A stretch of 64,000 bases of DNA from Anthoceros angustus (GCA_010909165.1 VJWM01000107.1:372001-436000); one strand, 5' to 3'; numbered from the stretch's first letter, positions 34,830-47,294 are shown. Numbers and translations are program-made. Notes: generated by a model not told the origin, from the letters alone.

Positions 34830-37260
34830 TGTTTGGGCAGGGCTTCAGGTCATTGGGAGGTCGCCGGTCGTCTCCATCACTTTCAGGCTAGAGATTGGCG
34901 TCTCTTCATGAGGAGGCTTTGCAGGCTTCTAGAGCTCGGGCAGAATCCGCGCTAGAGGTGGAACAAGCCCCGGGTGTGGTTGCCAACTTACGGCGATGCA
35001 AGTTATTAGGTCAAGCAAGTGGATATGCCCGTACTGCTAGGGCTCTCTGCCTCCTTCCTTTGGCCCTTGCTTTATGAGGAGACCATTGTAGCGCTTCGTG
35101 CCCTCCATCCAGCCCTGAAGGATGCCATCCAAAGGATACTCGACTATGCCCTTGAGGACCCCTTCTCTCTGGACTGTGCGGCTTTCGCCTCGGCTCTTTC
35201 TCTAGCCCCGAGTCTTTCTTCTGCTGGGCTGTTTGCAATAGTGTTTGAACACCTTAGGGACCTTTTTCTCCCTAAAGACCCATCCAGCGGCTTCCCTGAG
35301 CTCTTTTCCCTGGCTGCTTTTGTGGCACGGAGAGAAACGCCTCGCCTTCATGCGGCTCCTCAGTCGTACTATTTCCCTTCAATGCCACCCCCTCCTCAAG
35401 CAGCCCCCTTCAATTTGGCATCGCTACTCTAGGGGGTTGCGAGTCCATAGTATTTGGTATGCACACATTCCTTGATACCCATCCAGAGTAGGTGGTCTTA
35501 TAGGTCGATGTTGAGAACGCCTTCAATACCATTTCCAGGAGTGTCATCTTCGAGGAGCTCAGGGATGCCCATGGTATCTTAGGGAGCCTTATCCCTTTTG
35601 TCCGGTGCTTCTACAGGAGGTCAGACTTCCAACCTCTACTATCATCACAAGAACATCTCTTCGGGATTTGCCATTTCCGTCTTGGAATCAGTCATAGGCA
35701 CTAGGCAAGGCGACGCTCTAAGCGGTGCTCTCTTTGCCATTGCTTACTACAGTGCCCTATCTAGGGCTACTTCCTCCGCGCATGACTGTATCTTCCCATC
35801 GCTAGCAGGCGACTCTCACATCCTCGGGCCTAGGGACAAGGTCAAGGAGGCCTTTGAGCTCTTCTCCCATCAGCTCTCTTTGGTTGGCTTGAAGGTCAAG
35901 CTCTCCAAGTGTCATGTCTGGTCCCCGTCGGGCATCCTCCCTACTTTCCATACTTGTGTAGTAAAGTCTTCCATCTTGTTGTGATCCAAAATTGCTTTCG
36001 TAATAAAAGACTTTCGCCACTGCCACGTAATCGTATTGAGTCGCGGCGAAACCCAACCGTAGTAAAATACCGCAACCCCTGTTGTAAAGTCTAGTTGTAT
36101 ACTTATAGAGAATAATTCGGCGAATAAAGCCCTGTAGTAAAACGAACAGGTGCTCCACTCTCTCATCTCTCTAAAAAACAGACGTTAGTAAAGGGCATGG
36201 TTTCCTAGTAGTGTGAGGCAGGCTAGGGAAATGCTTTCTACATATGCTAGGCGTGAATTTCACCCTTTCTTGACTTTCATCTCTGATGGTTTTAGGGAGT
36301 TGCAGGCGTCGTTGGTTGAGAAGTAGCTCGGCCAAGCTTTCCAGTCCATCCTTTTGCACTCCTCTATCCCCAGGTCTACGAGAGCTAAGCTTCACTCTTG
36401 TTCTGGTAAGGGTGCAGATGCTTGGCTCATGGCTCATCCATGTATTCGGGGTTTTTTCATCGCACCAACCACCTTCACCACTGCGATGCGATTTCGTCTT
36501 GGCCTGCTCCAGCCTGTGGCGTCCTCCCTCCTTACTTGCGAGTGCGGCTCTGCCCTGGATGACTCTGGAGTACACCTTGCTCGTTATCCCCATGAGGGTC
36601 ACCGCATCGCCACCCATGACATAGTTCGCGATGTCATAATTGCCATAGCTCGCAAAAGCGGCTACATGGCCTGGAGGGAGCGAAGGTACACTCTTCATAC
36701 AGGTTGGTCAATCAAGGTTGACTTGTACCTTGTCCACGATGGCCAGGTCTCGGTGGCCGACGTGGTGGTTACTAACCCTGCTCGCGACACCATCTCCGCT
36801 CGGGTCATCACTAACCGTCCTGGTTGGGTTATGAAGGTCAGGAAGTACAACGGAATGCAAGCAGGCCACGTCTTTATTCCGCTCGCACTTGAGACGTATG
36901 GGGCAACGGCCGAGGACTTCGATAAATTTCTCAAGTCCTGTGCTAAATCCTACCACGCTTGCAGGCATGGTGCGGGGCTGTCCCTTTCCTATTTCACAGC
37001 TTACTTCAAACAGCGAGTCTCCATTGCCCTTCAAAGGGCTCTCTCGATGAAAATCTTTCACAAGGCGCCAACGGTAGGTGACGCTTGTTTCTCTTCCTCA
37101 GTGGTTTGCAGGCCTTTTGTTCTTCCTGCATATGATGTTTTGGGAGCAGTATGTAGCTTTAGGTAGGAAGCTTAGTCGCTCCTTTTCATCTTGACTCTCG
37201 GGGTCCTCCTTGGTTGTCCCCTGCCGGATGGGCTTCTTCCATCATTTTATCCCTTATTAA
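34830..37260 (+). mobile_element. Decayed CRE-like non-LTR retrotransposon: reverse transcriptase plus CCHC plus restriction-like endonuclease
   Basis: RT motifs VDVENAFNTISR, GTRQGDALSGALFA, LAGDSHILG (degenerate YADD). C-terminal CECG...HLARYPHEGHRIATHD, KVDLYL, VADVVVTNP, FIPLALETYG. Internal stops and an internal deletion/insertion. Confidence 0.88.
35945..36213 (+). mobile_element. Fragment of a CACTA-type element (right end only) inside the retrotransposon
   Basis: Non-homologous insert ending tttcctagtagtg (reverse complement CACTACTAGGAAA) at 36213, with repeated gtagtaaa/gttagtaaa subterminal motifs. The retroelement ORF resumes directly after. Confidence 0.5.
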
Positions 37261-37861
37261 ACAAAGTCTTTCAACAAAGTTCATGAGAAACTTGGTACCA
37301 TGTTATGTCCTTACATATATCACCGGAGCCATGTAATAGCTATAATTGTTAGTGTTACAAGTAGAGTTTGTGGAGTCTTAGTTAGGGACTAGTATGCAGT
37401 GTGTACACGCTGCTAGTGCGCATGGGTTATGCAGCTTTTTCTCGCTGCTGTTGTGCACACGGGTTGTTGCTTGAGCGCACCATAGACCCACAGACTAAGC
37501 TATTGTTGTAAAGAGCGTCCTGCCTAATGAGGAACTACCCAAGGCTGGATCACTCCGAGAGAGTTCAGCGCAGATCTCAAAAGACACAACCCATCACCGC
37601 ACCCCTGCCAAGCATGCCCCTTGATCAACACAAAACTTAAGGCAACACAAGAACAATCTCAGACTTAATGTAATGTAATGCTTCGGATGAAATACGATCA
37701 CCACGTATACTACTACATTTTTTCATGGTACCAGAGCGCCTGGTCACGATGCACGAGGCCGCCCCAAACGGAACTCCACTATTTGATGCTTGAAACGTAC
37801 AGCAACTAGCCATGGGGAGAAGAGCCAAAAACGCTGAATCCTCCCAGCTGAAGCGGCACTT

Positions 37862-38693
37862 GTCGGCTGACGTGCTGTGTGGGCTCTGACAGGTTTGTGC
37901 CACCAAGTCCTGCTTATGGTGGTAGCCAGGACTGGGTGTAGGTGTATTCCCCAGGTAGTGTATACACCAGACTCTCTTCCGTCTCCTCCATGTCTGCAGT
38001 GGAGTTTAGTCCCTGACATGTTTTGCCGGTGCAGGCTGCTGCTCTCTCGAGTATTAGCTAACTTCATTGTCTCCTAGTGCCTTGACGCAGGAATGGTGGT
38101 CGGTAGGGATCAGGGTGTCATTTTGACCCCGTCCCAAGCTCGGTCCCGGTCCCGGCATGTGTTAAAAAAAACATGGGACCGGAGATTCTTCAAGAGTCCG
38201 GTCCCCACCCTCGGTCCCCTATTACCCTCGGGGACCGAAGGTTCATAAAAGGTCCGGTTTAAAATTAGTAAATTATTTAATTTTATATCCAAGGATTTAT
38301 ATTTATTATGGACACATCGACCCATCTTATCATGGACGCAGTTTGCAGTCTGCCGGCTGAGCTGCAGTGTGCGGACTCCGCAGTCTGCAATCTTTTATAT
38401 TATTATTTATAAATTATTTATTTAATATTTATTATATTTAGTGACCAAGGGTCGCAAAAAGGCACGGTCCCTGCTCGGTCCGGGACCGAGCGTAGCCAGG
38501 CTAGGCGGTCCCGGGGACTGAGCTAGTACTCGGTCAAAATGACACCCTGGTAGGGATCCTTTGCCTTTGACATTGGAACTGCTGATTCTTGCTTGCATTG
38601 CGATTTTATAAACTCAGCGAACAGCAGTGTTCGAACACACAGACTGGGTAAGACGAAGGATACTGAATAGTTGGAAAACTCTGTAATTTAGAC
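37862..38693 (+). pseudogene. Inverted, intron-containing fragment of the adjacent PI31 gene, interrupted by a MITE
   Basis: Matches the reverse complement of 39502-39917 (two exons plus introns). A 10-nt deletion (tgatttgttg) frameshifts the PPGPAYGG exon. Confidence 0.85.
38111..38549. mobile_element. hAT-type MITE, 439 bp
   Basis: Perfect 18-bp TIRs CAGGGTGTCATTTTGACC / GGTCAAAATGACACCCTG and an 8-bp TSD gtagggat at 38103-38110 and 38550-38557; non-coding interior with ggtccc/gggacc subterminal repeats. Confidence 0.93.
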
Positions 38694-38891
38694 AAAGCAC
38701 AGTGATCGTGAGAGCCCACTTGAAGTTCGGCATATGAAAACATTTGTTCTCGTCAACACTTGCCCTTTGAAAAGGTACAGAACGACTTTTCTCGCCAAAT
38801 GTATGTCGACATGGACCACAGCGCTTCACTATCGAACAAAATGTACAGAGTCCACATATGAACAGTGGCATTACATGCTCCTCAACTCCAC

Positions 38892-41137
38892 TTACAAGGG
38901 GTAGAAAGGCTCGATATCCAGATGCGGAGCTCCAGAAGGTTGTCTGTTCCAAAGCAGAGACAACGTAGAACTTTGATAAGGTGCCGGACCCCGATCGAGA
39001 AAAAGTACTTACCATGAATTCCAGCTGGAGAGGTACGTAACGCACCTAGGAAAGGGGCTGGGATCAATGCCTAGCGGTGGAGGCACGAATGGATCAAACC
39101 TTGCACCTGGTGGCATACCTCTGCACCCCACGCAATTAGCATGCCTTCAGCGGAATTTTACACAAGAGTTTCGCCCAATGCCAAATGTTTACTTAGAATG
39201 CACAGACACGGGTTCAGTCCAGCACAAATGACTTACACAGGTTCTCCAGCGAAACCAGTCACATCATCAGTCCCTTGTCCCCACCTTGGATCATCGGGAC
39301 CTGCAAGGGTCCTAACTCAAATCAAGAAATGCAAATGCTTACCTCCACCCCATCCCACTACAGATTATTACCTACTTTGAACCGTGTTAGCAAGCCCATT
39401 GTTCAGGCTAACTTCACACCTAAACCTCATGTCGGTGTGTTAGGCAGTACTTTCAAATAAAAAGAGTGTTTGAAAGGAGTTGTTAGCTGGGTAATCAGTC
39501 AGTCTAAATAACAGACTTCTCCAGCTAGTCAGTATCCTTCGTCCTACCCAGTCTGTGTGAACACTGCTGTTCGCTGAGTTTATAAAATCGCAATGCAAGC
39601 AAGAATCAGCAGTGCCAATGTCAAAGAATCCCTACCGACCAGCATTCCTGCATCAAAGCCCCGACCACTCCTCCTGCACCAGGAGACAATGAAGTTAGCT
39701 GGTACTCGAGAGAGGAGCAGCCTGCACCGCCAAAACATGTCAGGGACTAAACTCCACTGCAGACATGGAGGACATGGAGGACATGGAGGACATGGAGGAC
39801 AGCCTAAAATATACCTGGGGAAGACACCTGCACCCAGTCCTGGCAACAAATCACTACCACCATAAGCAGGACCTGGTGGCACAAACCTGTCACAGCCCAC
39901 ACAGCACGTCAGCCGACTTGGTTTCTGCTTCAACAAGATGCTCCCTTCACCCCTGACGACATACAGACCACACCCAAACCCATCATGCCAGGAAACCTAC
40001 ACAGGTGGGGGATGTGGACCATCGTATCCAGGTACTTCTGCCCAAGAGGGTAGCCTGGAGTCTCCTCTCGTTGCACTTCCATCTCCAGCACTGCAGCCAG
40101 AACATTGTAAGAAACCCACTCAAAGGCAGGAAGATCGCTGTAGCATATATTGGAACGGCTATTATGCTCTTAGCCTCCCATGACATACTTTGCAGACGGA
40201 GCAAATCCTCTGGAGAGCTTAGAGAGAAGAGCTTCAGTAACAGCATGCACCAAACCCTCAAAATTCGAAAACTGATCCTGATAGTTGGTTGTGTCGACTT
40301 GTGTTGCATAGTTTGAGGCCCTGATCAACATCCATCGTCAGTCCAGCTGCCGCACATTCTCACAGAAGGCCGAAAGGACTTGTCGCTGGCTGGATATTAC
40401 CTAGCCAACACATGAGGATGATGGATAGTAAAACCATGTCCTGCATCAAAGGAGCATGAAAGGTCATTCGTGCAAATTTACTTGATCTCCAAGTGGTACG
40501 GTCCTTGAGGAGTTGACATATCGTCTGAATCCGACAGCGGAGCGGCATCTACCATGAGCATGTCACCCATGGTTATCATTCTCACAATGACCGACCTAAC
40601 CAGATCTGGCCGACTGGCACCACTGTAGCGGAATGTGAACGCACCCTCCATGTCATCCCATCCTTCAAGACCAACATCATCCTCGTCTGCAACGATCAAA
40701 ATTGGGCACCTCAGAACGACCCAAGGGATGGAGGACTCTCTGATCAAGGTTTTTAGAGGGGTTTAAGCATTCAAACATCACCCAATTCCACCAATGCCTG
40801 TCAGAAACCCGAAATCGTGCACTTGACATCAAATCAACAGGAGGAGTAGCTGGTGACGAAGACTTCCAACTATGCAGGGGGAGGTTCGTTCAAATGCTTC
40901 ATGGCCAATGAAAATCACCGTAGGAAATAAAGAAAAATTTTCAAGCTCAGACCGGACAAAGATTGCACCTTCACCAGGAATAGCACCAAGGGACGATGCT
41001 TTGGACCCAACGGCCGTGAGAGAAAATCCAGCGGCTAGAAAGGCCGCATGGATGGCAAAGGCCACCCGCTCGTGAGGTGCATTGAGCCTGGGCCTGGCGG
41101 CCCGCATAATAGCCAGCACCGCTGACGAAGTGGCCAT
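38892..41137 (-). CDS. PTRE1: Proteasome inhibitor PI31 homolog (PTRE1-like), multi-exon
   Basis: MATSSAVLAIMRAARPRLNAPHERVAFAIHAAFLAAGFSLTAVG (PI31 FP domain), GWDDMEGAFTFRY, Pro-rich GGSDLLPGLGAGVFPR, MLVGPDDPRW, PPGARFDPF, ending PHLDIEPFYPL*. Confidence 0.88.
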
Positions 41138-41300
41138 CGTCGTAGAGTTTAGCGAGGACGAGCAGGAGGAAGTGTAGGAGCCTGCTTCTGTCCACCGTAG
41201 CCGATCTGTCCTTGGTCTCGGAAGGGAAACTAAACTGGAGTCTGCAACAGATGAAAAGTGAAAAGTGAGAAGTGAAAAGCCAGAGAGACCCAAGAGAAAG

Positions 41301-41430
41301 CGGCACGCACGGCACCTGCTCTGTTTGGAGGATCGTCGCCGTCAGCGTGCTGGAATTCCAGCATTCGGCACGCACAGCACCTGCTCTGTTTTGAGGATTG
41401 TCTCCCTGAGCGTGCTGGAATTCCACCATT
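41301..41430 (+). repeat. Two 65-bp tandem copies in the PI31/ALDH7 divergent promoter
   Basis: cggcacgcac(g/a)gcacctgctctgttt...gcgtgctggaattcca(g/c)catt at 41301-41365 and 41366-41430. Confidence 0.85.
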
Positions 41431-41508
41431 TTACAAGCATTGGGGACTCCATAGGCCTCCGTTGTTGGGCTCGTGGAATTACGATAGCTGTAGCCGCAAT
41501 TGGGAGGG

Positions 41509-44500
41509 ATGGGGGTGGATTTGGAGAGCAAAGAGTATGGGTTCCTGCGACAGCTCGGGCTGCAGACACAAAATTTGGGCTGCTACGCGGGCGGGTCCTG
41601 GAGGGGCAGTGGCGCCACGGTCACCTCTGTCAATCCTGCCACGAATGAGGTCCGGAGTTTTTTCTTACCTCTGCTGCAGCTTGTTTTGCGCTTTTGCTCT
41701 TTTCTGCAAGAACTGCTGCTCCTCTTTGCTTCTTTTCTTCTTCTTTCAAGCAAGGGCACTGATGGTCGGAAGGTCGCCCTCTGCTGGCCCGGGATGGTAG
41801 AGTTTGTTTTGCGGACTGGTTACATGCATTGTTTGAATTGAATTCAGCCAGGATGAACCGTGGAGCCTTTCAAACTGGGTAATGGATTGCTAGAATGGAC
41901 CCACTTGCAATCGCCTTGCGCACTGGCTTGCTTTTGCATTTTCTTCTGTGGGTTCCGACTGGTGGACTTCGGGTTCAGAAAGATGGGAACCGATTGCTTG
42001 AATTTCGCCTGGACCGCAGAGAACTGCAATGATCATAGCATCTCTCAGCTTGAAACCCTATGAAAGTCCGACTTGTCATGTGCAAATGGCATAGATGCTT
42101 TCCAGAAGCGTTGGAAGTCAGTAAAACGTACTTTCGAATGTGCAGCCAATCGCGAGTATTACAGAGGCATCGCTTGAGGACTATGAGTATGGGATGAAGG
42201 CAGCAGTTGAGGCTCGTAAGAGCTGGATGTTGGTAAGCTTTCATCAGTTGTCGCTGCAGCATCTGGTGGATTTTTCTGAGTGTTTGCGACTGATTGCTGC
42301 TCTTTTCCGCAGACTCCAGCGCCGAAGAGGGGGGAGATTGTGAGACAGATAGGAGAAGCCCTGCGAGCCAACTTAACTGCGCTAGGGACGCTTGTGTCTT
42401 TGGAGATGGGCAAGATTCTTGCTGAAGGAATAGGAGAAGTCCAAGTACGTTGCTGTTGATTTATCTGAGAGTTTAGGCTGTGCTAAGCATTGAGTAGGGA
42501 TTAAGACCGGGCTCATTGATGCAGGAAGTAATTGACATGTGTGATTATGCCGTTGGTCTCAGTCGGCAGCTCAATGGCTCTGTTCTCCCCTCCGAAAGTA
42601 TGCTCCCCTGTCAGTTAGATACCTCCGCAGTTCTGTACACATGTGGATGGCGTGGCAATGTTCTTTATTGTGGGTAAAGCTACCAGCCAAAGGACTGACA
42701 GAATAACCTGCTCTTTGCTCCTTCCTATACAACAGGGCCGGAACATGTCATGATGGAGGTACAAAGCTCCCAGACCAAGTGTATCTAGAGTTTGTTCATG
42801 CTGACGCAGTAAAAGGACTTGATTTCCTACAGGTGTGGAATCCGCTTGGAATTGTAGGAGTCATCACAGCATTCAACTTTCCCTGCGCTGTATTGGGTAT
42901 GTGTCCTTACTACAAAGTAGCATTGAAGTATTTCGAAATTGATGGTAGATGCTGGAATATCTCTTGGTTTCAACGCTTCTGGTCATGGCTCAGCACCTGG
43001 GATTGACGAACATGATGCCGTGCAAACAGGGTGGAATGCCTGCATTGCTCTGGTGTGTGGGAACTGCGTAATTTGGTATGATCTGCCCGTGAAACCTATA
43101 GTGGCAAAAAATCCTGTATACGTACGAAAACTTGTTTCACCGCAAAAACTCATGTCTGGGTTGTAGGAAAGGTGCACCAACAACATCCCTTGTTTCAATT
43201 GCGACTACCAAATTGATTGCACATGTTTTGGAGAAAAATGGGCTGCCAGGTGCCATCTTCACCTGCGTTTGTGGAGGACCTGAAATTGGGGAGGCCATAG
43301 CCAACGACATTCGGATCCCGCTGGTGTCCTTCACGGGCAGCACCAAGGTAGTGATCACCTTCTGGTTAGTTAAGAGAGTTTAAGCTGAAACACGGTGTTG
43401 TGTGAGTGCACCCAATGAACAGCTTAGTGCAGCAACTGTGCAGGTTGGGCAGCTCGTGCAAAGGGCTGTTACGGCGAGATTTGGGAGGTGCCTACTGGAG
43501 CTAAGTGGAAACAATGCTATCATCATCCTGGAAGACGCAGATCTCTCCCTCGCAATTCAGTCTGTCCTTTTCGCAGCCGTTGGCACGGCGGGACAGCGCT
43601 GCACAACATGTCGTCGCCTGGTATCGCCTCGCCTCCTTTCTGAATGTTTTCGACCATGAGATTGCCCAGATGGTAGCATGACTTTCAAGTGTAACACACC
43701 TTCTTTCTGTAGTTGGTACAAGAAGCAGTATACGATGAGGTAATTCAACGACTTCTCAAGGCTTACTCTCAAGTGAAGAGAGGAAATCCACTGCAGGAAG
43801 GGACACTTCTCGGACCTCTACATTCGAAAGCATCTGTCCAACAGTTTCTTGTTGGAATCGAGAAAATCAAATCCCAGGTAAGTAAGTCGTGCTACAGCCC
43901 TTCCATCACGCCACGCCCCAGCACTTGAGCAAGAGAGCTGTGCCCTTGATTTCTGTCCTGGCCTGCAACAGGGTGGGGTAATTCTAACTGGAGGAAGCGT
44001 TGTGGAAGCCGATGGAAACTATGTTCTACCGACAGTAGTAGAAATTTCGCACAGCGCCCCTATTGTCAGTGAAGAGCTCTTTGCCCCCGTGCTCTATGTG
44101 TCAAAATTCCAGGTACTTGTCCCTGCCACTCGCACCTCTGTCAAGCATGTCAGTTATTGCTGCGACTCCTTTAACCCCTTGGTTGCGGGACATAGAGCCT
44201 GGACGAGGCCATCGAGCTAAACAACTCCGTACCACAAGGCTTGAGCAGCTCGCTCTTCACACGAAACGTGAGCTCGATTTTCAAGTGGATAGGGTGAGTG
44301 AGGAATCTCGAATGTTCTTTCTCGTTTCAGTCCTATCAGGAGGCTCCCGGTTCTTTACACCTCTTGTCTTGCTTGCAGGCCAACAGGCAGCGACTGTGGG
44401 ATTGTGAATGCCAACATCCCAACCAACGGTGCGGAGATAGGTGGTGCGTTTGGAGGTGAGAAAGCCACAGGAGGCGGTCGTGAAGCCGGCAGCGACTCCT

Positions 44501-44680
44501 GGAAGCAGTACATGCACAGAGCGACTTGGTGAGTAGCCTCTCCTGCAGCCATTGAAGCAGCTGCTTTCAGAATCGAGCCCTTTCCGGAAGAAGGAGAACT
44601 GACTGTCTCCTTCCATTTGCAGCACCATCAACTATGGCACTGCGCTGCCTCTGGCACAAGGCATAAACTTCGGAGGGTAA
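41509..44680 (+). CDS. ALDH7: Aldehyde dehydrogenase family 7 (antiquitin, ALDH7B4-like), multi-exon
   Basis: [60 protein letters not shown] (catalytic Cys), [56 protein letters not shown]. Confidence 0.96.
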
Positions 44681-44979
44681 ATCGAGCGTCGTCCTGGGAA
44701 AAATAAATTGGAGTCGTAACTTCGGTGCAGTAGTTGGTACGGACACAGTGTAAAAAGCACACACTGCAGTGTAGAGTCTAACTTAAGACTTTATGGCCGC
44801 ATAGGCTTCTGGACCTTGAAACATTCAACGTATTTACATACCTACAAAGTCCAGGCTGAATGGCATTCGTGAATTTTGTGTCCTGAATGCAATTCTCGGA
44901 AACTCGACTAAGCCCTAAATGTGCGCGTCTGTAAGAGTGGTACGCTTTTGTGTCGATTGCGGTGAGCTCGGTGAGAATC

Positions 44980-46005
44980 ATGCTTGGCAGGGCATCCCGA
45001 TCGCTATGCCGGCAAGCGCGGCAGTGGCATTTTGCACCTCGGCCATCTCCCCGCCTGTCGCTTCCAGCAGTCTCAGCAGCGTCAAGGGAGGCTGAAAGGC
45101 GGGCGCATGGGGGATATCAGCTGGAAGCTGCGTCTTGGGAGCACACAAGTCGCGGCTTTGCAGTCCAAGCTGGTCTGGAGTCGTTTGCAATTCCTCTGCC
45201 TGTTTTTTGCATAATGGAAACTGAGGGTTCACCGGCGAAGGAACTGTGGAAGACTTGTTTTGCCGGAACACTGGAGGATTCGTTTGGTCGTTGATAATGC
45301 GTCTGCTTTGTCACGAGGGAAGAGAAGATGCGAAGAAGGTCATTCAGGTGAAAGATGATCAGCACTTCAACACTGCTTTGAAGGATGCCCAGGGTAGGAG
45401 ACGAAACCTTTTGCTTTCATATAGTTACCATTAAGCGTTCCCAGGAGCTAAGCAGTGGTCGGATTGTGCAGATAACGGCGGTTTGGCTACTGTGTACTAC
45501 ACTGCAGCATGGTGTGGCCCTTGTAAGTTTGTGGTTTAAGAATTTCTTCCCCCCCCTCCGTATGCTGCAACTGCTTTCATGTCACCCTGTACATTGTACT
45601 CTTGCAGGCAGAACGATAGCTCCCTTTGTTGAGGACCTTGGTAGACAGCATGAGAACGTCACGTTTCTCAAAGTTGACATTGATGAAGTAAGCTCCTTCG
45701 AATTGAGTGTTGTAAGTTATTTCCATCAGTCCTCTAATGACTCAATTTCAACTCCTCTCAGCCACAACTGGAAAAATCTGTGAACAAAGGCGGCGTGTCA
45801 GCAGTGGTAAGATTCATTCAAAGGTGCTGATAGGTCTCTGCAGTGTGAATATTTCACCGCCTGTTTGGTAACAGTATGTTGTATGATTGGAATGTAGCCT
45901 ACTTTCCATTTCTACAAGGGGGGTAAGTTGATAGGGCAATTAACTGGCGCCTCTAAGCAGCAACTGCAGAAGATGGTCGGAGACTATTCGTCTGGCACAG
46001 TTTGA
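44980..46005 (+). CDS. TRXo: Thioredoxin, o-type-like (organellar presequence), multi-exon
   Basis: Arg/Ser-rich presequence, YYTAAWCGPC (Cys codon split by an intron), FLKVDIDE, PTFHFYKGG; stop at 46003-46005. Confidence 0.82.
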
Positions 46006-46248
46006 GTAGGTGTCGTGCAACATTTTTGCCACCTATAAATGCTAAGACCTCCCATGGTCCTGCCTTTGGGCTTCCAACCGGTCTTAGTCAATTGTACATA
46101 GTCCCGTTCCTGAGGTGAAGTTACTTGTTCAGCCTGAGTTAGTTCTAATAAGCTGAACCGCCCGGTGTGAACTGTTCGCTTTTGATGCTATAGCAGTGCA
46201 CCCAGATTACCGGTGACGTTCTGCATTTCTGCTGGTCACGGATTCAGA

Positions 46249-47294
46249 ATGTGGGCACCGGCACACTGGACTGGCGCCTCCTATATCTCTGCGGCCACGC
46301 AAAAATGTCAATCTCGGGGCTTGAAATCAAAATGTCTGCCCCGGAGTCTGCGACCGACAGTTCTAGCGCTTTGCACTGGCGAGCAGAGACTGGGGCCAGC
46401 CTATGTACAGTGGAAGGGGGAATGGGATTCTGACGGTGTGGAGCTCGAGAGCAGCCAAGCGGGACTGGGAAATAGCCTCTGTAAGCCGGTCAAGGGTAGG
46501 GCCAGAACATGGGTTGCTGCGCTCCTTCTGTGTCTGGCATTCACATCACAAGATGTGGATGCAGCCTGCGCCTTCACGCTTTTTGGAAGCCCCGCAGAGG
46601 AGAAGGATCCCGTGGAGCCCTTCACGTTGTATGGGAGCGTCCGGTAGGTGTCTCCCCCTTCTCCCACTCTCCGCTCCCGATTGAAACGCACAATGAGAAT
46701 CTGTCCGGCTTGTGCAGTAAGAAGTACCTGATTGAACAGATCGTGGATGGCAAGGTTGTTGCACGGAAGAAAGGATTTACAGCTTCTGTTTGGTGAGTTT
46801 TCCCTACCATTTGCAGGAAAGCCGCCCTTTTAGCGGGGTGTCATTACATCTGGGAGGGTCGGGTTCCACTTACAGATGACCCATTCTCCATGCAGTGTGA
46901 ATGCCTTGGATGCGAGCAAAGAGACACCTGAAGTTGCTGGCTTGCCCGCTGGTCAGAAGGTATGTCCTCCCTGCAGCTGTTTAAGGGGATGCATCCCTAT
47001 CCCGCTGCCGCCAGGGCTAGCAACCGTCCTTTTGGCGTGCAGGTGACTCTCGATGGCAAACCAAGCTGCTTTAAAGGAGTAGGGCCAAGCCGGGACGAGT
47101 CTTGCCGCCCCCCATGCCAGACTGCTTGCACGGCTGCCGTGAAGCAACATGGGATAGAGGTTAAGAAGAGCACTGGCTATACGTTTGATCCCAAAGATGC
47201 GGCAAAAGCTACAGAAGCATGTGCAAGTCAATGCTTTAATGAATGTCCGATCCTCAACAACTTCAGTTTCCATATTGCAAAACTGCCTGGATGA
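46249..47294 (+). CDS. Uncharacterised Cys-rich protein with transit-peptide-like and hydrophobic signal-like N-terminus, 4 exons
   Basis: Exons join at canonical GT-AG sites: ...VAALLLCLAFTSQDVDAACA-FTLFGSPAEEKDPVEPFTLYGSV|KKYLIEQIVDGK..|CVNALD..|VTLDGKPSC...C..PCQTAC...C..QC..EC. Confidence 0.7.

Noticed and set aside
39593-39865. Apparent family of small peptides MKLAGTRERSSLHRQNMSGTKLHCRHGG (also 37744-38067 and 48649-49035)
   Set aside because: These are antisense readings of a PI31 intron/exon segment and its duplicates; the frames diverge between copies.
37862-39917. Interpretation as a foldback/Mutator element with ~400-bp TIRs
   Set aside because: The right arm is an integral part of the PI31 gene (exons and introns) and the spacer holds its last exons; no TSD found.
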